DNA of 64,000 bases from Thalia democratica (taxonomy: Eukaryota): assembly GCA_965202585.1 (NCBI GenBank), contig OZ241834.1, forward strand, positions 8,122,001 through 8,186,000. The letters run 5' to 3'. Of this stretch, positions 50,101-62,399 are shown piece after piece. The notes under the pieces are model-generated. The model did no database searches. It saw nothing but the letters and a program-made list of their open reading frames with translations, and was not told where the DNA came from. The first letter of the stretch is position 1. The number at the start of each line of letters is the position of its first letter. The position numbers and the translations under genes were made by a program.

Positions 50101-52639
50101 TTCTTCAATAATGTCAACTAATTATTGCTAACCATATGACCTAGAAAGATTTAACTATATATGTTATGTAATCTAAATTAAAAAGAAAAGTTTAAAATGT
50201 ATAAAAAGTTAGACTATGTTCATGTGAAAAATTTGATTCTTTAAGCCAAGCATTTTTTAAATAAATAAATTAAAAAAGAACGATCACATATAAATAATTA
50301 GTTAAAGATTAACGTTAGTTTTAGTTTGACACACTACTCTTTTTTCAACTTGATTTTTTTAATCACTACATTTTTCTAGTACTTGCTTAAGCCAATTTGC
50401 TAGTTTTTTTCACACATAAGTATCAAAAGTATCATGATGGTCAGGAGTCGTGTGGGGTGCAGTTTTGGAGCAAATTCTCTGTAACAGCTGACCACAGTCG
50501 GCGCTATTAAACTGCAATTGGCATCTTTTTATTCGTTCTCTTCTCTCAATGACTTTTGTGTTTATAAACGCTCCATTCCTTTAAGATGCTTGCTCGTGCT
50601 TGCTATTGTTAAGCCAAGTTGTAGCAGTTTTAAGTTTTTCTATTGTTTGATTAGCAATGCCATGTATATTTTAGCAGTTGGCTTTTAACCGTGGGTTTAC
50701 TTAAGTCGTGTTAGCACTTGTTGTGATTAGTTAATTAAAGCAACTTGTTTTATTAGTTATTTATGGCCATGGTTTCATTTTATTGTGAGTTTCTATGCTC
50801 ACATTTTAATGTCAATACACTTTTCATTAACAGACTCGATTTACGTTTAAAAGAAATATAAACTAGTTGTTAAGTTCTTAAGTACTTAGTAACAAGTAAG
50901 TAAAGTATAGTTAATTGTAAATAAGTTAACATAAGTATATAAGTATATAAGTAAGTAATTAACGCAGTGTAGAGTTATAAGCAAACACTGGACGCGCGTT
51001 AGTAATAGCTCAACCTAAAAAATATAAATCTTTTTATAATGTTATAAAACAGTTAAAAATATTATATTTCAAATTTAATTTCATTAACAAACAATTTGTT
51101 GTAATTGTAATGTTTTTATTTTTTAAATTTAGTTTTAAAAGATATAAAATTAAGGGTTTATAAAATATTATTAAAGTTTCCGCACTTCCTAAAAAACATA
51201 CCATGCGTCGTCACAGGAAGTCAAAAATTTTCAAACATACTACGTAGATACGTACGTTTTCAAATAGCCTCTTTTAGGTTTAATTAATTTAAATTTTCTT
51301 TTTCTTCTATAAAGAACAATATCGGTCATTTATATTTTCATCTCTTATCTTCTTAAACCTACGATATACGATATACTTTCTATTAAAAAAATATGAAATT
51401 CTCAAAAACGCACAATAAATCAAATACAATTAAAACAAACATGTAGAGCATTTTATCAGGTATCGTCTTGTTATTGACGTCATATCCGGCATCGAGCAGA
51501 TTCTCAATTGTTTCCACGTGATCGTTTTTCGCGGCAAAATGTAATGGAGAAACACCGCAATGTTCCGCTATGTTGATTTTCTTCATTCTCAGCAGAATCA
51601 TCACTACCCTGTAAAAATTTGACTTTATTCAAACGGTGTTACAATTATGATACCAAATTAAAAGTTAAACACTATAAGTACATAGTATTGTACTAAATTT
51701 TATTTTTACAAGTTAATATACTAGTTCAATTTGTAAACTTAATTTTTGTTATAGAGCAACTTAATTAACTTTTTACGAAAAAAGTTAATTTTTATCAAAA
51801 AGATAAAACATTAAATTAAACTCATAAATAACAACAAACTTATCTATTTGCTTCAATTTAAAATTTGCTTTTTTGTTACTTCAACCTTTCCTAAAACAAT
51901 TTAAAAAGAAAACAATAATAATTTTACTTATTCACCTGTGAGAACAAGGTCTTTAATGTAATACAAACCTCTGATGTCCATGGGAGACGGCGACGTGTAT
52001 AGGGAGAACCCCGTCGCAGTTCTCGGTGTGGGGGTCAGCCCCTCTTGCGAGAAGAGTTTTCACACAATCAGAGTGTCCCTCCTTGCTAGCTTCGTACAAT
52101 GGGGTGGCACTCTTGGTCTTTGACTGCACATTGAAGTCTCCGTCTGTTTGAAAAACTAAGTAGTAAATAAATTCTTGGTTTATGTATTTCATAGCTGTTT
52201 CATTAACAAAAATCACTTTGAATGAATAAAACAAAAAGTTTGCGAACTAAAAAATTGTTCTTTAAATTATTTATATTAAACTATAAAACCTCTTACAAAA
52301 CATAAAAAAAAACTTAAAATTTAAATCAAGATTTTTGTTTACCTTAAGCATTTTAGTTCAAATTAGATAGAATATTTTAATATCCTCAATAAATATCTTT
52401 AAAATCTTCTTTAAATCTTTTAAGTTTTGGCTCAATGTAAAATCAAATATCTTAGTCAAAAGTATTTTATTAAATTTTATTATTATATCTACTTCTATCC
52501 ATTCAATAGTAACTGTTACTATTATCAATTGATTGTTCATTGTGCCCACAAGTGGCAGCAGTTAAAATAAGGGAAGCACCGAAACCATCCCGTGCATTCA
52601 CACCCATCCCATTTGACATGAGAAACTCCAACAGTAACC
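47128..52639 (-). pseudogene. Asb2/14/15: ASB2/14/15-like gene fragment, copy C; exons 52520..52639, 51969..52143, 51452..51608, ~50436..50700 (decayed), 50005..50140, ~48590..48700, 47906..48068, 47128..47267
   Basis: Same exons as copy A plus VDIIEEFLINGADVNTSFGDKQTNFSPSIAFALRDLKL, and a SOCS exon GNPRILKQLCRLKIPEAIS...FLGYQYI*. Lesions: 7-nt deletion in the first exon, donor GT>AT at 51451, 1-nt deletion in the 50005-50140 exon, lost donor at ~48590. Confidence 0.85.
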
Positions 52640-53288
52640 CTGAGAAAAAAAAAGGTTAATTAATTATTTTTTGACTAAAAGTCTATACTTTATTAAAACA
52701 ATACTTATTTAAATTATGGAGCATTACTTAATAAAAACAAATACTTCGGCTTGACAGAAAAGTATCTGAAGATCGTTTGAACTATATTTGTTTACAAAAA
52801 TTCATTAGATTAAATTTTCTAATTTTGATTTAGATACTTGTCAACAAAATATTTATAATTTAAGTAGCGATAATAAATAGTTAATGTATGTTAATAATTA
52901 CTAGTAGAGTAAATCTTAAATCATAGCTAATATGTTTTTTAAAGAAAAAAGTAAAGTTCTTTTAAATTTCTATTTAGAGGAAAACATAACCTATGCGTGA
53001 CATTGTTTATGTTTAAATTTTGTAGTTGAGTTTATTTTTTACAAACTGTTTAACTCTATGTGATAATCAATAACGAAAGGAGAAAAAAATTTAAAGAAAG
53101 ATATAATCAAAGAAAATAAAACAATAGCTTTATCGCACATCATCGAACGAGATGAAACAAAAAGCACAAAAGTCAAAACCGTCAAGCGACAGAAACGTCG
53201 CACGGATTTCACGGGCAGGTCTCGCATCTGACTGATCATCTCGGGGTCCCGCGAAGAAACCTCGTCAACCCTGTCAACCCGCGCACCT

Positions 53289-53302
53289 GTTGCCACGGAA
53301 AC
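53289..53302. promoter_or_regulatory. RFX X-box-like site, copy C
   Basis: GTTGCCACGGAAAC (reverse complement of GTTTCCGTGGCAAC). Confidence 0.55.
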
Positions 53303-53740
53303 GTCGCGGGGGTGCCGTGAAACGCGATTACACCGGGTCGGCTGCATCGGAGCTACAGGGGAGATAACGACATTTAATCAAACACCTGCCTTCTTTTGTG
53401 TTATGATTGTTTATGTTTTTTTTTTTGTGATGGGGCGGAAAATTGAAATTGATTACGGTCTATATTTAGTTGTTTCGAAATTTATTTATTTTTAATTTAA
53501 AGAAAGTTTTGTTATTTGTTAATTTATATGAAAACGCTACTGTGTCTCTTATTTTTGTAAAAGTTAAAAAGAAGCAAACGTAATGAAAAAGAGTTTAAAA
53601 AAATATCATTAGATACAAAATATGGTTGTTAAAAAAAAGTTTCAACATAAAAAGAATGGGCAAAATATCTAAACGCGTTCGTCAGGAAAAATCAGGACTA
53701 CTGAGTTAAATTCTTGTTAACCAGGATTGCGTTAGTTGAT

Positions 53741-53893
53741 TCAAGATGAAGGGTTCTTCTCAACATGATCCTTGTGTAGCTTCCTGATGTGCTTCTTCAG
53801 GTCGAAGTTCTTGCAGAATCCCTTGCCGCAAATGTGGCAGTTGAAGGGCTTCACCGCAAGGTGAGTGTTCATGTGGAAACCAAGGTTCGACAT
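53741..53893 (-). CDS. Fezf: Fezf-C exon 4 (intact, R328K in finger 6)
   Basis: ttttag|ATG TCG ... TGC AAG AAC TTC ... TCT TGA. Confidence 0.9.
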   Translation of the reverse strand: MSNLGFHMNTHLAVKPFNCHICGKGFCKNFDLKKHIRKLHKDHVEKNPSS

Positions 53894-55138
53894 CTAAAAT
53901 TTTGTGATTTTTTATTAGGTACAAGTTTACGTAGTTTTCATATTTTATTTAAAAGAGCTGAGCTAATTCCACATCTCAAATTTTATGATTTTTCCTATTA
54001 AATTTAAAATATAACTAATGATAATTTAAAATAATTTCAATATATATATTAATTTATATTATACTTGTTTATGTATTTATCAAAAATTACTTAAACCAAT
54101 TAGGCTATTGCAAGTAATAATATTAGTTCAAATGTTTATTGTTTGATACGAAAGCTTTTGTAAATACTTTGATATAAAACATATATGAAATTAACGTTTT
54201 CAAATATTTTTTATATGTGTTATTTAACATTAAATTTTCACCAACAACTAAAGAACTATTTTGTACCTTTTTGAAAAAAACTCTATTCCTAAGTACTACT
54301 TTGATTTTATGACTTTTAAAAGTATCAAATGCATTAAAAAAGTTAAATCACAAAGGTATATTAAAAAAATGTATTGATACCTATATCTAGTCTTAAGATT
54401 TTGTTGAGTAAGGTAACGCTTTATATGAAAGAATTGGAAAAAATAACACTCAACAATTTACCGGACACCACCTGTAAAACCAGGTGCTCCAGTAGAATCT
54501 AAATTTACTTTCTTAGTTGTTATGAAAACAAGTTTGTTTTTTGTTACATGCCAAACAAATCAAATGGAACTTTGAAAGGCCGCTTGTGTTTGTGAAACAA
54601 TCTGTAATTTTGCGTTTTATTAAAAAGCCAGATTAGTAGCGCCTGTGAGTTTTTCCTGTTGTCTAAACTTCAAAACATTTGCGGTATAATTTTAACTGTA
54701 TTTACATAGTATAAAAAAATTAATATGAGAAATTTTACAATTTTATCAGTTAGTTTGTTTTTAAAGTTTATAGTTGGAAATTTAAACAAATTTTATAAAT
54801 ATTGTATAAGTATTAACCGTTTATTTAGATTTTATATACTTTTTATTTGTAAACATCGTTTAATAGCATAGCTACGTTCTAATCACACTAAAACATGACA
54901 AAACTACATAAAAATCGTACTTTTCTACCAACAAAGTCTTTTAATTATCATTGCTCATTGCTTTGTTAATTGCGAGTTCTAAAATATGCTGATAGGAAAC
55001 TTAAATTAAAAAGCTAGTAAAAATTTTCTTGGAATAAAAAAGATTTAAACAGCCAAAATACAAACCGCTACACTTTTTTTACCTGATGAAACGCCTTAGT
55101 TTAAAATTCTAGTCAAGAAAAAAAACAGTAATACTGAC

Positions 55139-55351
55139 CTGATGGAAGGCCTTCCCGCAGATCTTGCACTTGAAGTCCTTTTCCTTCTTGTGGGTCAAAC
55201 AGTGGTTCTTGTAGTTGCCCTTCTGGTGGAACCGCTTCCCGCACACCTGACACTGGTAGGGGCGGTCCCCAGTGTGAATACGCATGTGAGTGTTCAAAGT
55301 GCTGCTACGGTTGAACGCCTTCCCGCACACCTTACATTTGTGAGGTCTCTC
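55139..55351 (-). CDS. Fezf: Fezf-C exon 3 (intact)
   Basis: cgtag|GAG AGA ... CAT CAG|gtcagt; protein identical to A and B. Confidence 0.9.
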
Positions 55352-55456
55352 CTACGTAATACATATTGGTTAGTAAGTAAATTTGATTTATAAAAAGGTA
55401 ATAATTTTATGCAAATTTTACTATCAAAATGTTTCCTTTATTTAGTTGTCTTAAAC

Positions 55457-56180
55457 TAGGGGTGGGCAACGTACGGCCGGCGGGCTGAATCCGGCCCGCA
55501 GAGTAAAAATGACCGGCCCCTTGACCGTTTTTTTTTAAATTAAAGGGATCGGGGACGCAAATGAAAACGACCGGCCCGCGAGCAAAGTTTCAGGCCCGCA
55601 AAGGGTCAATATTACAAAATTCCTTCAAAAGTTTTTATAAACTTTTACAAACCAAAACTGTATGAGTTTGACTTTAAAAAATGCTTAAAATGACTTTATA
55701 AATTAATATGTACTAATACACCATTTTGTCCTAATATTTTGTGTAGTTCTAACTTAGTTGGAATATCTTTTTGTCAAATTACCCCAAGCAAAGTGTTTTT
55801 TTTTAAGTTCGATATTTTACATACCTACCTTTGTCAATTTCAATATCAATTCTAGTTATAGACATCATTTAAACATTTGACACGTTTCAATCTACATTTC
55901 TAAGTTGTAAAACTTGAGAAAGTTTTGTGAGCTTGAAGGACTCAAAAAAATGATCAACTGTATCCATAAAATTAGATTCCGGCCGGATCCAAAACTTTTA
56001 TTTAATTTAGAATCCGACGAGATCTGGTTCTCGACTTAAAATTATTATCCAGTCGGATTCGAATCTAAAAATCCATTTTTTTGCTAAACCCGGTAAATCA
56101 CTAATTTGAAATGCTCCGGCCCGCAAAAGACTAAATTTTCCGGATCCGTCTCGTTGATTGAAAAAAGTTGCCCACCCGTA
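55457..56180. mobile_element. Non-autonomous hAT-type element, 724 bp, inserted in Fezf-C intron 2
   Basis: TIRs TAGGGGTGGGCAAC ... GTTGCCCACCCGTA; TSD TCTTAAAC (55449-55456) / TCTTAGAC (56181-56188). Copies A (~10360) and B (~38760) have the single empty site gtctaaga. Repeated CCGGCCCGC motifs inside. Confidence 0.92.
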
Positions 56181-59100
56181 TCTTAGACCATTTGTCGGCA
56201 ATCTATGTTGAGTATATTATAGCAGATCAGCTGCTACTGAGACGCAAAATACAATAATTGTATGTTAAAATTTTACCAATATGCTATTAATTTAATCGTT
56301 AAAAAGCAATCACGCTAACTTATTAATAAAATTATTTAAATTTATGTTTACAGCTGTTATTTTTAGTATACATTATACGGCAAAACGCAATTTACTTTTT
56401 CCAACCGTTAAAGCTTTCGGCTTAAAAAGCTAGGCAATCTGGTTTCCTAAAAAAGTACTGTTTATTTTAAGTTATAATTGATGAAAGTTATTTTTTTATT
56501 GAATTTTCTTTGGGTATAGTTGGTTAAGGGTAACAGTTCAGGTTTAAAAATTTCGGTAAAATGGGTTATAGATAGGGTTTTAATGTTATTGATGTACGAC
56601 TGTATTGTTACCTTACCTCAATAGCCTAACATAACGTATAAAAAAGTTTCCAAAATTTTAATACTGTAGCTAATCCGTTAAAAATCCGACCCGTTTCCAA
56701 GCCCTTGTTTTGAAATTTAGCTTAGCTACAAAAGCCTTAGTAAAATCCCGATCAAGTTTTAAAACATTGCTAAATCATATATGTTTTTTAGTAAAAGTGA
56801 TGATATGTACAGCTGTTTTATGCTATGAGGAAAACAAAACAATTTTTGTATTCATCAATTTTTTTCACACATAGCTAGTAAATTGTTTCTAGTTATTTTA
56901 AATTTTAAATATATAAATAGTTCTTGATTTCAAACTAAGAATAGTATACCTAAAAGCTGTTTCTAACTGACTTTGTTTATCAACAATAAGCTAATGTAAC
57001 AAGTAATACTCGACAAATTAATTTGAGTTGTCATTACTTTTTCACTAAATTTTTAAAAATTAATCAGCCTAAATATAAAGTTTTTGTATAAACATAAAAG
57101 TAAATAAGTCTCGAATATGATTTAAACAAACAGTTTATTTAGGACCTCAATAGATTATGAAAATGCAATTCTTTCTATAAGGTTATCTAAAAAAATATTT
57201 ATTCTAATTAGCTTACAACTAAAATTTATGTACAAACAATCGTTTAGACTTGACATACTAATATAAATTTAGAAAGTATTTATCTAATATTCACAAAGTA
57301 GGCAATTTTTACCTATTTGATAAAATTAAACTGTCTGAGATTATTAAGTAATTGTATTATGTACTGAAAATGTTATCCGTATTACACGTTATATTGTTTT
57401 TTTTTAATAAAACTTGTACTTCTTAAGTTTTCAGAAGTTAACTTTTTCAGTTTTTTCGTTTGACTAAAAATATGTCACGACAAATACCTTGTAAGTTTTT
57501 ATTCTGCTTGTTGAAGTTTTAAAACGCGATAAAAAAAAGTTGTTGTATCTTTTAGTGTTTCGTATTTTTGAATATAAATAATCAAATTTAAATGCTTCAA
57601 TCTTTTCAAAAGCTTTTAAGTTGTACTTTTTTTTTTACTTTATTTAAATGTATTTCAGTGTAAATTTTTAAGTCTTTATTTTTATTAAACTGTTTTTTAT
57701 ATTACATACTACTTTTAACTTTACGTTGATTTCTACAGTTTGAAAAATCTAATTACGTAACAACTAGGTTAAGTTCATTAATCAATCGTCATATTAAATT
57801 TTAAATGAGTAGCAGTTAAAATATATTGATCATTTATTTGATGTTTTATAACTGTGTTATATTACTTAGCTAACAGTACATCGATTTTAATTAAAATCTA
57901 ACTCGTATGTTAAGACAGAAACTAATAAATTATTGATAATTATTCCTGGATCTAATGGAACAAAAACTAATAAAATATTATTTTAGTTATGAAATAAAAG
58001 CAATAAAATGCAGTTGTAAAGTCTGCGAGTTGTATAGGTGTATCTTACATCAGGTGTTTTATTGCTCTGTTATTGTATACAGTATTATGAAACTGATCAA
58101 TTCGCCATTTTTATAAATACTTGGAATGCTCATAAATTATCGCCATATGGTTTTATGTAATAAATTTGAAGTATTCTTTTCATTTTGCTATAATGACAAG
58201 CTATAAAGGCCAAAGTTGATATAAATCTACGAGTTTTATAAGCAAGTCATAAAAGCCTGTATAATAAAGTATTGTATAAAACATTTTGATTCGGTATTTT
58301 AAAATACTGTTTTATAACAAGTTTCTTCTTTATTGTCTTTTTTTTAAAGTTGATAAAGTTTTGACTTGAATACAAAGTCAACTTCTATGAAATATTTTCA
58401 AACTTGTCTAGAAAATTTTATAAACGACTATTTTTTTACCAAAATTTTTCCGGTTTTTAAACACTAATTTTCTACCTACTAACGTACTTCTAAATAAGCT
58501 AGACTTACTTTAGAATAATTCTCCGTTCAATTAAAAAAATAATTAATCAAATACTATAAAAAATGTTTGCTAAAGTGCTTAAACAGCTATGAACTACATA
58601 CTTTAGTATATCAAATTTATATCTAATTTATAAAGAAAGAGTTATGTGTTACAGCTAATAAGCAACCATTCTCATTTGAAAAAATTTTTAGTTAGTAAAG
58701 CGTTCAAAAAACGTTCAGCGGCTTTGTTTTTATCTCCTGTAAGCTGACGTAAATACTAACAAAAACAAAACTGTTAGTTAAACATTTAAGAAAAAAATAA
58801 CAAAATAGTAGATTAGATTAATTACTCTTTTAAAACTTTAATTTTTTTTGTAGTTCTGTTAAATCAATCTACTTAATGCACTAAATGACCCCTTAAAAAC
58901 TAAAAATTCAACACAAACAGGTGTTTTGTGGTATCTATACACTTCTGTCCGTGAGAAAAACCCCTGATAAAACTTGCTTCAGATTTTAAAGCTGTTTGTT
59001 TTGTGTTTAAGGTCGACATTCAATCAAGAAGTTATTTTTGAAACAAAAAGCTTTCTTTAAACTGCAAACACAATTAAAACATTCACGCTGATCAAGAGAA

Positions 59101-60020
59101 TTGTAGAGTAATCAGCTTTGCCGATTACTGTGCAATTATAAAAAAAAATAAAACAGAATCGCACTTTAAAAGCAATCACTTTTCACTGAAGATTAATTTG
59201 CTATAAACGCGCTCTGAAGGGGAAGCCAGAAGCACTTAGATGGACGAGAACTTTCGTGGCAAAGCGGCTTATCGCGGAACGTGATTGGCTTACAATGAAT
59301 TATCGCAACTGTGATTGGCTTACAATGGCGCTCAATCTGTCCGCTGAAATTGCGATTGATTTCTTACGCCTTCAGTGTAAAGTGGTGTTTTATGGAGTAA
59401 TCCGATGTACAAGTGTTTTCGATTCAAAACAAACACACGGGAGTTTAAAAGGCGGGCGTTATGTAAATCCGCCGCATATTTATATTGCCAAAGTCCGTTC
59501 TCACTTAACAATTATTTATCGCCTTTGCGTACAAGCACACTAATTTGTTTTTAAATCTCACGTTTTTTTTCGTATCTTAAAAAATAAGTTGTGATCTTTT
59601 TTTTATGATGGGTTTAAGCTGTTTGCTATATTATTTTAATGTTCGTTATCGACAGTGCAAACTTGCTTAATACTTTAAAATACCGTTTAAAACTACCGCT
59701 GTAATATAATTTCGGACACTGTAATATCGCAGACTTAAGCTATTTATAAAAACTTCGATAAAGCAAAACAGTGTTTGTCTTCCTCAATATCATAAACTTC
59801 AACTGGCAACCAAAGTTAAATTAATGTTTAATAAAGGTTGTTAAAACACAAGATTACATACAAATCATCAAGATATATATTATACATTAAGTTAACTCAA
59901 AAACTTTATATTTATTGACAAATTTACCTTGCTACAACTTTATCAAACGTTTTGAAACTATCAATAATCTTACAATGTACCAAAGTAATAATTAATTTAA
60001 CACTATTTTTTACTTTTTTA

Positions 60021-60209
<189 letters not shown>

Positions 60210-60893
60210 CTAGAAATTATGATAAAAATGTTTGTTAAAAAAATTACACGAATACATACAGAAAATGTTTAAAATGTTTGATAGTTAAGTTATGGTCGTA
60301 AACAGTAGTTTATGAAAAAAAAATAGTTCTGAAGTTATTAATTGCCAATGATGTTAGTTTATAGATATCCGAACGAAACGATCTTGTTGGAGTAAATATT
60401 TTATTTTTCTAGAGTACTTTGTAAACTGTTTCTATCAAAACATAGTGTATTAAAAAACAAACTTGTACTTTAGAACTTTTTCTTTTTAAGACATTTCAAA
60501 GCAATATTTATTTGACTCTTGTGAACTTAAAAATTTTGTTCAAAAATATTTCTAGACCACATAAACTTTTGTCTGAAACCACGACCATGATCAAACTGTG
60601 TCTGACAATTTATTATTATATTAGAGAACAAAGGTGCGTGCCAGCCGGTGCTCAGCTCACAAAACATTTGTTACGTCACAAAGTGTCACAATCAGCATCA
60701 CTGGCACGAAAGCAGTAGCAGCCGTAAAACACAGAAGTGTGAGGTGTTTACAAAAGGCTTTAGCTTTTGTTTTTTTTTTCTTCGCACGCCCTTAAAAGTT
60801 TCACCCAAAACATCATTAATCGCTTTTCTGTGTGACATTTGAGATATGAAGTACTTTTTTTTTGCACCTGAAGTTATTTGCATTTCTTTCAAA

Positions 60894-61292
60894 CTAAAAC
60901 AATAGTGCATTCGTATGTTGTTTGTTGTTTTGAGTTATTTTAAGCAAGACCGGTCTCAATTGCACGGAACTGAACTTCTTCAGCCTCGGAGCAAAACCAC
61001 TGCGCTGCATAATATTACGCTGTGTGACGTCATAATACAAACTTCTCAGCACCGCCTCCTGCGCCTTCCTCTGTTGCGCCACCAGCTGGTTGTACTTGTG
61101 CAGGGCGCTGTTCCACAACGGGGGAATTACCTGAGGCTGGAAGAACAACGGGTTGCGCAGAGGGAAGTTTAGGGAGCTCGTAAAAGGGGAACTCCCTAAT
61201 CCGGAAGGATTCAGTGTTGAAGGAAGGTTGATGTTTGGTGGCTTTGCGACGTTTGACAGGTAGAAGTAGGGATTTTGCAGGTTTGGAAACAT
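60894..61292 (-). CDS. Fezf: Fezf-C truncated exon 1 (codons 1-116 fused to intron-derived tail)
   Basis: Junction gagaccggtcTTG|cttaaaataactc at 60945/60944 joins exon-1 sequence to intron-1 sequence. Confidence 0.85.
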   Translation of the reverse strand: MFPNLQNPYFYLSNVAKPPNINLPSTLNPSGLGSSPFTSSLNFPLRNPLFFQPQVIPPLWNSALHKYNQLVAQQRKAQEAVLRSLYYDVTQRNIMQRSGFAPRLKKFSSVQLRPVLLKITQNNKQHTNALLF

Positions 61293-62399
61293 TATAAATT
61301 TATTAAATTAATAAATATATCTGTAAAAAAATAAAAAGAAACTGGTAAATGTTTTAAATGTATCTTACTACTACAAAGATCTAAAGAAAATAGTTAATTT
61401 AATTTGTTTTCAATTAAAAATAGATAAAAATCAAAATAAAAACTATTTAAAATACATAGTTTAAGCAAACAGAAACTAAGGAGAAAACAAAATGAAGTAC
61501 GTTTTAGTTTTTTAGTCATGATGAAAATATAACAATTAGTTAATAAAACTGAATTTATTAAATTGTTAGTTTTATTGAGCTTTTACTACCGACCGAAGTA
61601 AGATAACGTATATTTATTTTTACGTTTAATTTAGTAGTTTAAAATTCTATTTTAGTAAAATGCTTCAGTGATACTAAATAAATGTTTTAAGTTTATGCTT
61701 CTGCTATCAATGCTCAATATTTGCAAGTCTTAGATAAATAACCGTAGTATTTTAACTGTAGAAAAACAAACATTTTCATTTAAAACTTTAGTTATATTTT
61801 AATAAGTGAACTTTAGAAACATTATAAGTTAACGATTGAAATCAGTAAGTTAAGTCAGTTTGGTCAGAAGAAATCAGTAAAATATTACAAAGTTACAATT
61901 AAGTGTTGCTTTTAATTTTAGTTCTACAGTTCTGTAAAATATAAAAAACTTAATTTTTTTTTGTAGTGTATACTTAAAAACCATGAAACTGAAAATACTT
62001 TTACAGAAAAATTCTAATTTTCAACTTCTCTTTTTTCAAATATAACAAAAACTATCTTTTGTTAGGACAAATTAGTTGAAATATTGAAGTTTTATTACTA
62101 TGTTTATATAAATTTATGTTTTATTAGCAGCTATTTTATAACCTCCTATCTACTCAAGTTTAACAATTTTTTTCAGTTATATGTAGTAAACGTTGGAGTT
62201 AAAACAAAGGGATGTATTCAACATAAAAAATAAATAAATAATATTTTGTTCTCAAAAATTTGCTTTTTATATAGTCTACTTACAACATAAAAACTTTTAT
62301 TCCAAGCTTACACTAACAACTTTTTCTAAATAAATATTAAATTGATAAAAATGATGGGAAAATCTATCTTGTTGTATTTTTAAACTTATGACAAATTTG

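Noticed and set aside
49440-51380. Copy-C-specific GC-richer intronic inserts (~49440-49740, ~50820-51380)
   Set aside because: Probably repeat fragments, but no TIR, TSD or coding signature could be established.
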